The notes beneath the pieces were generated by a model, which was not told where the DNA came from, made no database searches, and saw only the letters and a list, made by a program, of their open reading frames with translations. This document shows positions 17,228 through 25,181 of a stretch of 32,000 bases of DNA, in pieces. Where the stretch lies: NCBI GenBank assembly GCA_963716945.1, contig OY970322.1, forward strand, positions 750,001-782,000, read 5' to 3'. A program made the position numbers and the translations under genes. Numbering within the stretch: the stretch's first letter is position 1; every line of letters starts with the position of its first letter. The stretch is from Candidatus Saccharimonadota bacterium (GTDB lineage Bacteria; Patescibacteriota; Saccharimonadia; Saccharimonadales; UBA4665).

Positions 17228-17691
17228 TACTTGTCATCCTTTTCGGCCCTGGACTTCTTCGGCAAGCGGAAACCCCGGCGCGGCTTGTCGGCTTCCTTGT
17301 CGGCCTTCTTAGCTTGCTTGTCAGCCTGTTTGGCCGCGGCCTTGTCGATTTTCTCCTGGGTAGCCTGTTCTTTTTGCTCTTCTTCCTCAATGGCGTTGAA
17401 GAACGGCAGGCTGTGGCCTTCGGCCAGCGTAACGTAGGCTTTCTTGATGTCGGAGCGGTTACCCTCGGTATTCTTCATCCGCTTGCCGGTAATGCTGATA
17501 ACCCGCTTGGCCTTGCCGCCGATATTGGTGGTGTTGACGGATATGACCTTGACATCGAACTGAGCCTCGACAGCCCGGGCGATGAGGTGCTTGTTGACCG
17601 ACCGCTCGACGTCAAAAACATAGACCCGGCTGGCGGCCAAGCCGTAAGTCTTCTCGTTCAAACGAGGGCGGAGAGCGATAGTCTTACTCAT
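17227..17691 (-). CDS. rplW: 50S ribosomal protein L23 with about 55-aa Glu/Lys/Ala-rich C-terminal extension
   Basis: 154-aa ORF in the canonical position between rplD and rplB, with an L23-like core. Confidence 0.93.
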   Translation of the reverse strand: MSKTIALRPRLNEKTYGLAASRVYVFDVERSVNKHLIARAVEAQFDVKVISVNTTNIGGKAKRVISITGKRMKNTEGNRSDIKKAYVTLAEGHSLPFFNAIEEEEQKEQATQEKIDKAAAKQADKQAKKADKEADKPRRGFRLPKKSRAEKDDK

Positions 17692-18329
17692 TACTTCTTA
17701 CCTCCCAGCCGTTCCGAAACGATGGCTAAAGCTTCGCTGCTGAAAACCAAGCTGTCGGCGTTAACCACGTCATAAACGTTCAAGTAATCGGCAGCTACGG
17801 CCTTGACACCGGGCAGATTGCGCGTCGCCCGCTCGATTAAATCGTCCTTGGCCTTGACGACGATGAGCGTCCGGCCCCGGGCGTCGATCTTCTTCAATAA
17901 CTTGGCCGTTTGAGCGGTCTTGCCGTCTTTGCAATCAAAAGCTTCGATCACCTTGACACGCTTTTCGCCGGCCGACAGGCTTAGGGCCTGGCGCAAAGCC
18001 AAACGCCTGGCCTTGGTATTCATCTGCTTACTGTAATTCTCTTGGCCGGTAGGACCGAAAGTTATACCGCCGCCGCGCCAAATCGGTACGCGCGACGAGC
18101 CGAAACGCGCCCGGCCGGTGCCCTTCTGCTTCCATGGCTTCTTACCGCCGCCGCTGACCAGGCCGCGGGTCTTAGTGACCGCCAGGTTATCGCGGCCGTT
18201 AGCCAGGTACATAGTATAAGCAGCCTTCAACAAGGCATGGTTCTCCGGCGGCACGCCGAAAACCGTGGCGTCCAGCTTAGGCGCGGTGGCCGACTTGGTT
18301 CCGGCTTTGGTGTAGGCTTCGGCTGCCAT
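17691..18329 (-). CDS. rplD: 50S ribosomal protein L4
   Basis: 212-aa ORF ...KKPWKQKGTGRARFGSSRVPIWRGGGITFGP... Confidence 0.96.
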   Translation of the reverse strand: MAAEAYTKAGTKSATAPKLDATVFGVPPENHALLKAAYTMYLANGRDNLAVTKTRGLVSGGGKKPWKQKGTGRARFGSSRVPIWRGGGITFGPTGQENYSKQMNTKARRLALRQALSLSAGEKRVKVIEAFDCKDGKTAQTAKLLKKIDARGRTLIVVKAKDDLIERATRNLPGVKAVAADYLNVYDVVNADSLVFSSEALAIVSERLGGKK

Positions 18330-18943
18330 TATTTGGCCTCCTTAATTACTACGATGCCTTTGCGCGGACCCGGAACGGCACCGGTTACCCCGATGACTCC
18401 CAGTTCGGTGTCGACCAAGGCAACTTTCAGGTTGCGAACGGTGACTTGCTCGTGGCCCAACTGGCCGGCCATTTTGGTCCCTTTGAGGATGTGCTGCGGA
18501 TACATTGACCCGATAGAACCGGGTTTGCGGGTATTGCCCTTACCGCCGTGGGTCTTGCGCTGGCGGTGGAAGTTATGGCGGCGAATCGTGCCGGCCCACC
18601 CCTTGCCCTTGGTCAGGCCCGTCACCTGCACGGTGTCGCCCACATCGAAAACGTCGGCGCTGATTTTGGCGCCGACGTTGAGTTCTTCTGGTATGTCATC
18701 AATGCGGAATTCACGAATGAGCTTGGGCATCACCTTAGCCGTCTTGACATGGCCGGCCACGCTCTTGCTGAGCTTCTTAGCCGTACCGGTGCCGACCTGG
18801 ACGGCGGTGTAGCCTTCCTTGTCAGCGGTCTTGTGGTGCAGCACGGTGTGCTCGTCGACCGCCAGCAGGGTGACGGCTTGAACCGCACCGTCTTCCGCGA
18901 TGGTACTGGTCATGCCGACTTTTCTGGTAATTAATGCTTTCAT
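18329..18943 (-). CDS. rplC: 50S ribosomal protein L3
   Basis: 204-aa ORF MKALITRKVGMTS...TKGKGWAGTIRRHNFHRQRKTHG... Confidence 0.97.
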   Translation of the reverse strand: MKALITRKVGMTSTIAEDGAVQAVTLLAVDEHTVLHHKTADKEGYTAVQVGTGTAKKLSKSVAGHVKTAKVMPKLIREFRIDDIPEELNVGAKISADVFDVGDTVQVTGLTKGKGWAGTIRRHNFHRQRKTHGGKGNTRKPGSIGSMYPQHILKGTKMAGQLGHEQVTVRNLKVALVDTELGVIGVTGAVPGPRKGIVVIKEAK

Positions 18944-19061
18944 ATAGTTTCTTCGTGTCTGAGTTTGACATAAAAAGACCTGGTGGCGAGTGGTTTCTAC
19001 CTCTGTTATCGGTAGACCTACAAGCGCTAACCAAGTACAAGTCTTACTGAGATACCATAAT

Positions 19062-19091
19062 AGATTAACACGCCAAACTTACCCCTGTCAA
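19062..19091 (-). promoter_or_regulatory. possible promoter TTGACA-18 nt-(TGt)TAATCT for rplC and downstream genes
   Basis: Minus strand aggTTGACAggggtaagtttggcgTGtTAATCTatta. Consensus -35 but weak -10. About 110-nt leader before rplC. Confidence 0.35.
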
Positions 19092-19130
19092 CCTGTTGCA
19101 AATTCTACAAACTAAACCGGCCTACTTAGT

Positions 19131-19562
19131 TCAATGGTCTGCCGGTGCATGCGCCCGAGCCAGGGCCGCCCGTCGGCGACGCAAGGCGAAGCCCGCAAAT
19201 TTTGCAGCACCGTAATAAAAGCCGGTGGTTTCTATGAGCTTAGCTACCAGCCATTGAAAACTCTCAGGCTTCGGTGCCGGCTCGGCTTCGGCCCTCGGCG
19301 ACTCGGCTGAATCACGGCTATGGGTATGCTCGAGGTGCTCTGTAGCTGGCGGCTGACCTACATAAACGCTAGGGTCAGAAACAAGATTGACTGTCGTGCT
19401 CGAAACGTCCGCGAGCCTGTCCAGCACGCCAATCTCCACGACCTTGCCGGCTACCGCTACCGGATCGGTGACAGGCCGAAAATGCTCGGCCTCGCCCATT
19501 CCTATTGCCGTACCGCCAGCTGCTATTGAGGCCGCCACAATCGCGACCGTCGAATGCTTCAT
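19131..19562 (-). CDS. hypothetical protein (143 aa) with hydrophobic N-terminal signal/anchor-like segment, inserted between rpsJ and rplC
   Basis: ORF MKHSTVAIVAASIAAGGTAIGMG... with AAGAGGAG RBS 12 nt upstream. I recognise no family. More A/T-ending rare codons (ATA, AGG, GTA) than its neighbours, by eye. Confidence 0.6.
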   Translation of the reverse strand: MKHSTVAIVAASIAAGGTAIGMGEAEHFRPVTDPVAVAGKVVEIGVLDRLADVSSTTVNLVSDPSVYVGQPPATEHLEHTHSRDSAESPRAEAEPAPKPESFQWLVAKLIETTGFYYGAAKFAGFALRRRRAALARAHAPADH

Positions 19563-19604
19563 AACCTAGATTGGCTCCTCTTAGACTGAATATACTATCA
19601 GATT

Positions 19605-19629
19605 TGCTTCAATATAACATATTGAAGCA
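19605..19629. other. perfect 11-bp inverted repeat TGCTTCAATAT-aac-ATATTGAAGCA in the rpsJ-orphan spacer
   Basis: Read directly from the sequence. 37 nt downstream of the rpsJ stop and 43 nt upstream of the orphan ATG. No adjacent U-tract. Confidence 0.7.
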
Positions 19630-19665
19630 GGATGGTCAATTTTAGGTGCTTAATATTGGATTGTT

Positions 19666-19995
19666 TTACATCTTGATTTCGACGTCGCAGCCGGCCGGCA
19701 GAGACAGGTTCATCAGGCTGTCGATAGTCTTGGGGGTGGGCTCGAACACGTCGATCAGGCGCTTGTGAACGCGCATTTCGAACTGTTCGCGGCCCTTCTT
19801 ATATACATGCGGACTTTTGACGACCGTGAAAGTGCTGCGCCGGGTCGGCAACGGAATCGGGCCGGCCAAAGTCGCGCCGGTGCGCAAAGCCGTATCTATA
19901 ATCTGCTTGGCCGCCTGGTCGATGACCTTGTGGTCATAAGCCTTAAGGCGGATCCTGATCCGCTGTTTGACGTCTGGTGTTTTGGCATCTGCCAT
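19666..19995 (-). CDS. rpsJ: 30S ribosomal protein S10
   Basis: 109-aa ORF ...[41 protein letters not shown]... Confidence 0.97.
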   Translation of the reverse strand: MADAKTPDVKQRIRIRLKAYDHKVIDQAAKQIIDTALRTGATLAGPIPLPTRRSTFTVVKSPHVYKKGREQFEMRVHKRLIDVFEPTPKTIDSLMNLSLPAGCDVEIKM

Positions 19996-20089
19996 AGGTG
20001 TTGTTCCTTCCTAGCTGTCGCTAGCCCGCTGTAACATCGATTTGTATTGCAAAAACGACTTTTAGTCAGCGAATTTATTAATAATTTTG

Positions 20090-20118
20090 ATTATAACAGG
20101 GGAAGAAGCTTTTGAAAA
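20090..20118 (-). promoter_or_regulatory. extended -10 promoter (TTTTCA-17 nt-TGtTATAAT) for rpsJ
   Basis: Minus strand cTTTTCAaaagcttcttccccTGtTATAATcaaaa, just after the HD-gene stop. About 95-nt leader to the rpsJ ATG. Confidence 0.5.
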
Positions 20119-20122
20119 GGGC

Positions 20123-20680
20123 TTATGCCGTATGGCGGCGCAGGCTGAGATAGTAGGCTATCTGGTCAGGCGTAGGTACGACACCGAGTTTTGAAAGATA
20201 GCGGGAATACTTAAGAACGGCGCCAAACCTATCCTGGTCAGTGGTGCGATTGGGGTTTTGCAAGGTGGTAGCTATATTATGAGTTGCGTCCAGGGCCTTT
20301 ACTACCCTGCCGACGGGGTGGGCTTTAGCCCGGGCCAGCTTATCATCTTCGTCTTCGCCGGCCCAAGAGGTGACGGCCATAACCGCCTCAACTACTACCA
20401 GGGACGATATCTCGTCTTTCAATTCACTGCCATTGGTGCCCCGGGCTTCCGGTACGTCATGCAGGACACAAGCCGCCATGACCTCCGAAGCGTAGCCTTG
20501 CATGCCGGCTAATCGGGCGACAGTTTCAGGGTGCTGGATATAGGGAGCGCCGCCGTAAGTTTCGCCTTCGTGCACAGCCGCGGCTATCTCACGGGCGGCT
20601 GCAACCAAATCAAGACCGGTCAAACCAGGTAAAGGTTCACTCATACGCCATAGTATATCACGTTTTCGTAATTTAAACAA
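20123..20680 (-). CDS. HD-domain protein of the RelA/SpoT-hydrolase (small alarmone hydrolase-like) type; likely true start is ATG at 20644
   Basis: ORF has GAPYIQHPETVARLAG...AACVLHDVPEA...VKALDATHNI, matching the SpoT/Mesh1 HP..VA / HD..ED / K.aDrlhN layout. The 20680 start is a TTG lying inside the predicted promoter. Confidence 0.75.
   Translation of the reverse strand: MFKLRKRDILWRMSEPLPGLTGLDLVAAAREIAAAVHEGETYGGAPYIQHPETVARLAGMQGYASEVMAACVLHDVPEARGTNGSELKDEISSLVVVEAVMAVTSWAGEDEDDKLARAKAHPVGRVVKALDATHNIATTLQNPNRTTDQDRFGAVLKYSRYLSKLGVVPTPDQIAYYLSLRRHTA
20652..20680 (-). promoter_or_regulatory. promoter TTGTTT-17 nt-(TGa)TATACT placed 7 nt before the HD-gene ATG (leaderless arrangement)
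   Basis: Minus strand TTGTTTaaattacgaaaacgTGaTATACTatggcgtATG. Confidence 0.5.
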
Positions 20681-20714
20681 GCGTATTTTGTGCTTTGGGT
20701 TTCGTACTGGCTAT

Positions 20715-21899
20715 TTACTTGACGATCTTAGTGACGACGCCGGCGCCGACGGTGCGGCCGCCCTCGCGAATAGCGAAGCGCAGGCCCTGTTCCATAGCGA
20801 TCGGAGCCAGCAGCTTAACCTTGAAAGTTATGGTGTCGCCGGGCATGACCATTTCTTTGTCGGCCGGCAGTTCGACTTCACCGGTCACGTCGGTCGTGCG
20901 GAAGTAGAATTGAGGCTTGTAACCCTTGAAGAACGGCGTGTGGCGGCCGCCCTCTTCCTTGGTCAGGATGTAAACTTCGGAATCGAACTCGGTGTGCGGC
21001 GTGATGGTGCCGGGCTTAGCCAGGACCTGGCCGCGCTCGATGTCGTCGCGTTCGATGCCGCGCAGCAGGATGCCGGCGTTGTCGCCCGCCTGGCCCTGGT
21101 CAAGGCTTTTCTTGAAAGCTTCGATACCGGTCACGACGCTTTTCTTGGTGTCGCGGATACCGACGATTTCGACTTCGTCGTTGATTTTGACGATACCGGT
21201 TTCGATACGGCCGGTAGCGACGGTGCCGCGGCCCTTAATCGAGAAGACGTCCTCGATGGGCATCAGGAAAGGCTTGTCGAGTTCGCGCTTGGGCTCGGGA
21301 ATCGATTCGTCCATGGCTTTAACCAAGTCGAGGATAGCCTGTTCGGAATCGGGGTCGCCTTCTAGAGCCTTGGTAGCCGAGCCGCGGATGATCGGGGCAT
21401 TCTTGTCGAAGCCGTTCTTCTCGAGCAGTTCGCGGATTTCCTCTTCGACGAGGTCGACCAGCTCGGGGTCGGCCAGGTCCATCTTGTTCAGGAAGACCAA
21501 GATGTAAGGCACGCCGACCTGGCGGGCCAGCAGGACGTGCTCGCGGGTCTGCGGCAGCGGGCCGTCGTTGGCGCCGACGACAAGAATAGCGCCATCAATT
21601 TGGGCGGCACCGGTAATCATGTTCTTGACGTAGTCGGCGTGGCCGGGCATGTCGACGTGGGCGTAGTGGCGCTTTTCGCTCTCGTATTCCTGGTGGGAAG
21701 TGGCGATGGTAATACCGCGGGCTTTTTCTTCGGGGGCGTTGTCAATTTGGTCGTAAGCGATCGGCTTGTTGACGGCGCTCGGCATTTTTTTTGCCAAGAC
21801 GGCCGTAATCGCTGCCGTGAGGGTGGTTTTGCCGTGGTCGACGTGGCCCATAGTGCCGACGTTCACATGAGGCTTGGTTCTGTCGAATTTGTCTGCCAT
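20715..21899 (-). CDS. tuf: elongation factor Tu
   Basis: 394-aa intact ORF ...[15 protein letters not shown]...DMPGHADY...NKMD... Confidence 0.98.
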   Translation of the reverse strand: MADKFDRTKPHVNVGTMGHVDHGKTTLTAAITAVLAKKMPSAVNKPIAYDQIDNAPEEKARGITIATSHQEYESEKRHYAHVDMPGHADYVKNMITGAAQIDGAILVVGANDGPLPQTREHVLLARQVGVPYILVFLNKMDLADPELVDLVEEEIRELLEKNGFDKNAPIIRGSATKALEGDPDSEQAILDLVKAMDESIPEPKRELDKPFLMPIEDVFSIKGRGTVATGRIETGIVKINDEVEIVGIRDTKKSVVTGIEAFKKSLDQGQAGDNAGILLRGIERDDIERGQVLAKPGTITPHTEFDSEVYILTKEEGGRHTPFFKGYKPQFYFRTTDVTGEVELPADKEMVMPGDTITFKVKLLAPIAMEQGLRFAIREGGRTVGAGVVTKIVK

Positions 21900-21988
21900 A
21901 AAATTTACTCCTTAAGATTAGCTGTTTTGTGGCTTACTTATAAATTGTTTTGCATGAGAATAATAGAACTCACGCAAGTTACCGAATA

Positions 21989-22017
21989 ATCTTATCTAAT
22001 ACAAGGGGTTTTGTAAA
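21989..22017 (-). promoter_or_regulatory. promoter TTTACA-17 nt-TAAGAT for tuf
   Basis: Minus strand cacTTTACAaaaccccttgtattagaTAAGATtattc. About 90-nt leader ending in a TAAGGAG RBS. Confidence 0.5.
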
Positions 22018-22034
22018 GTGTCTTAGCGGTTTAA

Positions 22035-22319
22035 TTAGTTGCTGCCCGGATCCGGCGGCCGGCCTTCTTGCATGACTCTTTCGGTCAGGGGCTCGTCATA
22101 AACGACTTCGGCCCCGCGTAAGGCCCGGTCAAGCAAATCCGGCCGCTCGGCAATTACCATACCCGGCTGCACCGGCTTAAACGGCGGTTCGCCGCCCATC
22201 CTCTCGGTCGCCAGGTTAAGCAGGTGCTTGACGGCGCGGGCCCAGGCGGGGCCTTCAAGCCGGCCCTCGCCGGCCAAGGCTTTGGTTAGTTCCGGCGGCT
22301 GCGTCCCAGGACCATGCAT
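22035..22319 (-). CDS. hypothetical protein (94 aa from ATG 22319; track ORF extends to a TTG at 22337)
   Basis: ORF MHGPGTQPPELTKALAGEGRLEG... I recognise no family. Own near-consensus promoter immediately upstream. Confidence 0.55.
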   Translation of the reverse strand: MHGPGTQPPELTKALAGEGRLEGPAWARAVKHLLNLATERMGGEPPFKPVQPGMVIAERPDLLDRALRGAEVVYDEPLTERVMQEGRPPDPGSN

Positions 22320-22328
22320 AATTAATAT

Positions 22329-22357
22329 ATTATACAACTCTTAATTCATTGGGTCAA
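22329..22357 (-). promoter_or_regulatory. near-consensus promoter TTGACC-17 nt-TATAAT placed 9 nt before ATG 22319 (leaderless or nearly so)
   Basis: Minus strand tTTGACCcaatgaattaagagttgTATAATatattaattATG. Confidence 0.6.
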
Positions 22358-22403
22358 AAGATTGAAAGCTTGACGGCCGGACCCTCAAGCCCGTCCGTCC
22401 ACC

Positions 22404-23012
22404 TCAAATTCTTATCGTAACCTCTTCCATTCGTTCCAGAACGGTGCGCACGAGGTCCGGCTCCTGGTCGCGGCGCAAAACGTCATGAAAGCCGACCAGG
22501 AACTCTTGCGGCTCAAAGCCGCCGGTAGTCGCCGTCATATGGCCGAAAGTCCTTCGTTCGACGTTATTTTCGCCCAAAGCTCCCCGGACAGCCTCGTGCA
22601 AGGGCGTCGGTGTCGGTATGGGACCCATAAGAGGTACGGCCACGAACGCCTCGCGCAGGCTTGCCTGTCCGTCGGGGCTCATATCCTCCGTCAAAACCCC
22701 TTCTTCGCGGCCAAAGCCGTCCAGCACCAGCGCCGAAAACATCGGGGCGCGGCCGGCCAGATCCGGAGCGTGAGCCAGGATCTTGCCCAAAGTTACAATT
22801 TCCCGGGCGACCCGCTCGCGCGCCGAGCCCGGGCCCTTCTTCTTAATTCCCAAGGCTGCGTCATGGTCAAGCACCGCGATATGGCCAATGCCGACGGACG
22901 TGAATTCGCCCTGCGGGGCTTGCCTGATCCGGTCGCGGTGCTGGTCGGTTAATCTTAGAGACTGCGCTATTTCAGCGCAGTCTTCGAAATGGTCAATTAT
23001 TTGTCTAGGCAT
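22404..23012 (-). CDS. hypothetical protein (202 aa) inserted directly after fusA
   Basis: ORF MPRQIIDHFEDCAEIAQSLRLTDQHRDRIRQ... I recognise no family. Coding-like codon pattern. A GC-rich hairpin follows the stop (about 22372-22397). Confidence 0.6.
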   Translation of the reverse strand: MPRQIIDHFEDCAEIAQSLRLTDQHRDRIRQAPQGEFTSVGIGHIAVLDHDAALGIKKKGPGSARERVAREIVTLGKILAHAPDLAGRAPMFSALVLDGFGREEGVLTEDMSPDGQASLREAFVAVPLMGPIPTPTPLHEAVRGALGENNVERRTFGHMTATTGGFEPQEFLVGFHDVLRRDQEPDLVRTVLERMEEVTIRI

Positions 23013-23041
23013 TTAAGGGGTCTCTTTGTCCCACCCTTTAT

Positions 23042-23082
23042 GTGACTTATGTCACTATATTACTACTTGGCGTTTTTGGCAA
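23042..23082 (-). promoter_or_regulatory. possible promoter TTGCCA-17 nt-TATAGT (23082-23054) overlapping the fusA stop, with palindrome GTGAC-ATAA-GTCAC (23042-23055) at the predicted start site
   Basis: Minus strand caTTGCCAaaaacgccaagtagtaaTATAGTGACATAAGTCACataaagg. Confidence 0.35.
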
Positions 23083-25156
23083 TGATTGCTTCGGCGACGT
23101 TGCTGGGCACGTCGGCGTAGTGGTCAAGCTCCATGCTGGAACTGGCCCGGCCTTGGGTCGAGCTGCGCAGATTGGTGGTGTAGCCGAACATTTCGCCAAG
23201 AGGCACGAAGGCGGTAATTTCTTTGATGCCGGCGCGTCAGGTCTTCCATGGATTCGATGCGGCCGCGCTTAGAGTTGAGGTCGCCGATGACATCGCCCAT
23301 GAACTCTTCGGGCGTGACGACGACGACTTTCATGATCGGCTCGAGCAGTACCGGATTGGCTTTTTTGACGCCTTCTTGCAGGGCCATCGAACCGGCAATC
23401 TTGAAGGCCATTTCGGAGGAGTCGACTTCGTGGTAGCTGCCGTCATACAGCTCGGCCTTAATATCGACTACCGGGTAGCCGGCAATAACGCCGTTGCTCA
23501 TGGCTTCTTCAATGCCTTGCTGAACCGGCTTGATGTACTCGCCGGGCACGACGCCGCCCTTGATCGAGTTGATGAACTCAAAACCGGCGCCCTGCTTCGT
23601 TTTGGCTGAGGCGCAGCCAGACATCGCCGTATTGGCCGCGGCCGCCGGACTGGCGGATGAACTTGCCTTGGACTTCGACGCCGTCTTTGCGGATAGTTTC
23701 ACGGTAGGCGACTTGCGGCTGGCCGACATTGGCTTCGACGTTGAATTCGCGCTTCATGCGGTCGACGATGATTTCCAGGTGCAGCTCGCCCATGCCGGAG
23801 ATGATAGTTTGGCCGGTTTCGTCGTCGACGTGAATCCGGAAAGTCGGGTCTTCTTCGGCCAGGCGCTGCAAGGCCATGCTCATTTTCTCTTGGTCGGCTT
23901 TGGTTTTCGGTTCAATAGCGATCGAGACCGGCGGTTCCGGGAAAGTAATGCTTTCCAGAACGATCGGGTTGTTCTGGATCGCAGAGCGTATTGCCGGTAG
24001 TCGTGCCTTTGAGGCCGACAATGGCGGCGATATCGCCGGCACCGACTTCGGTCGACGTCTTCACGCTTATCAGCTTGCATGCGGACGATGCGGCCGACAC
24101 GCTCTTTTTCGCCGGTCGAACTGTTCAGGATGTACGAGCCGGCCTGGAGCTTGCCGGAGTAAACCCGGAAATAGGCCAGTTTACCGACAAACGGGTCGGT
24201 AGCGATTTTAAAAGCCAGGCCGGCAAATGGTTCGGCCTTCGTCGGGCTTGCGTTCGATTTCGTCGCCGGTTTTGGGATGGGTGCCCCAAGTGCTGCCGCG
24301 GTCCAGCGGGCTGGGCAGCAGTTCGTTGACGGCGTCAAGAACTTTTTCGACGATCACGCCGCGGCCGTCGCCGCCGGTAACGGCGAAGAATTTACCGGTC
24401 AGCACGGCGGTGCGAATGGCCTGCTTGATTTCTTCTTCGCTCAGGCCTTCTTCGCCGACTTCGAAGTACTTCTCAAGCATGGCTTCGTCTTCGGCGACGG
24501 CGTTTTCAACCAGCAGCTGACGGTATTTCTTGGCTTGGTCCAGCATGTCGGCCGGAATTTCGCCCTCGACCAGTTCGTGATCGGTAAATTCTTTATAGGT
24601 GTAGGCCTTCATGTCAACCAGGTCGATGACGCCATTGATGGACTTGCTCAAAGCCGATCGGCAGGTGGATCGGGAAGGCCCGTTTGCTCAGGCGGTTGTG
24701 GATCGTGTCCAGCGACTTATAGAAGTCGCCGCCGGTCTGGTTGATCTTGTTGATAAAACAAATCCGCGGTACGCCGTACTTGTCGGCTTGGCGCCAGACG
24801 GTTTCGGATTGCGACTCGACACCCATTTTGCCGTCGAAGACCACGACCGCGCCGTCGAGTACGCGCAGCGAGCGTTCGACTTCAACGGTAAAGTCGATGT
24901 GGCCCGGCGTATCGATAATGTTGATCTGATGGTCTTTCCAGTAACAAGTCACGGCGGCCGACACGATGGTAATGCCGCGTTCGCGCTCCTGGGCCATCCA
25001 GTCGGTGGTCGTTTCGCCTTCGTGAACGGCGCCGATTTTATGCTTCAGGCCGGTTCGGTAGAGGATACCCTCGGTCGTGGTGGTCTTACCGGCGTCAATA
25101 TGGGCAATAATGCCGATGTTACGAATCTTGTCCATTGGTGTTTTCTTGGTTGCCAT
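23063..25156 (-). CDS. fusA: elongation factor G, interrupted by about 6 single-base frameshifts
   Basis: Track ORFs 24614..25156, 24208..24651, 23880..24338, 23912..24100, 23578..24042 and 23124..23729 tile a colinear EF-G (AHIDAGKTT...DTPGHIDF...[13 protein letters not shown]...GELHLEI...). My reading of the last frame ends ...[16 protein letters not shown] at 23063. Breaks near 24650, 24235, 24050, 23957, 23591, 23230. Confidence 0.92.
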
Positions 25157-25181
25157 GTATCATCCTATTTACTTCGTAATC

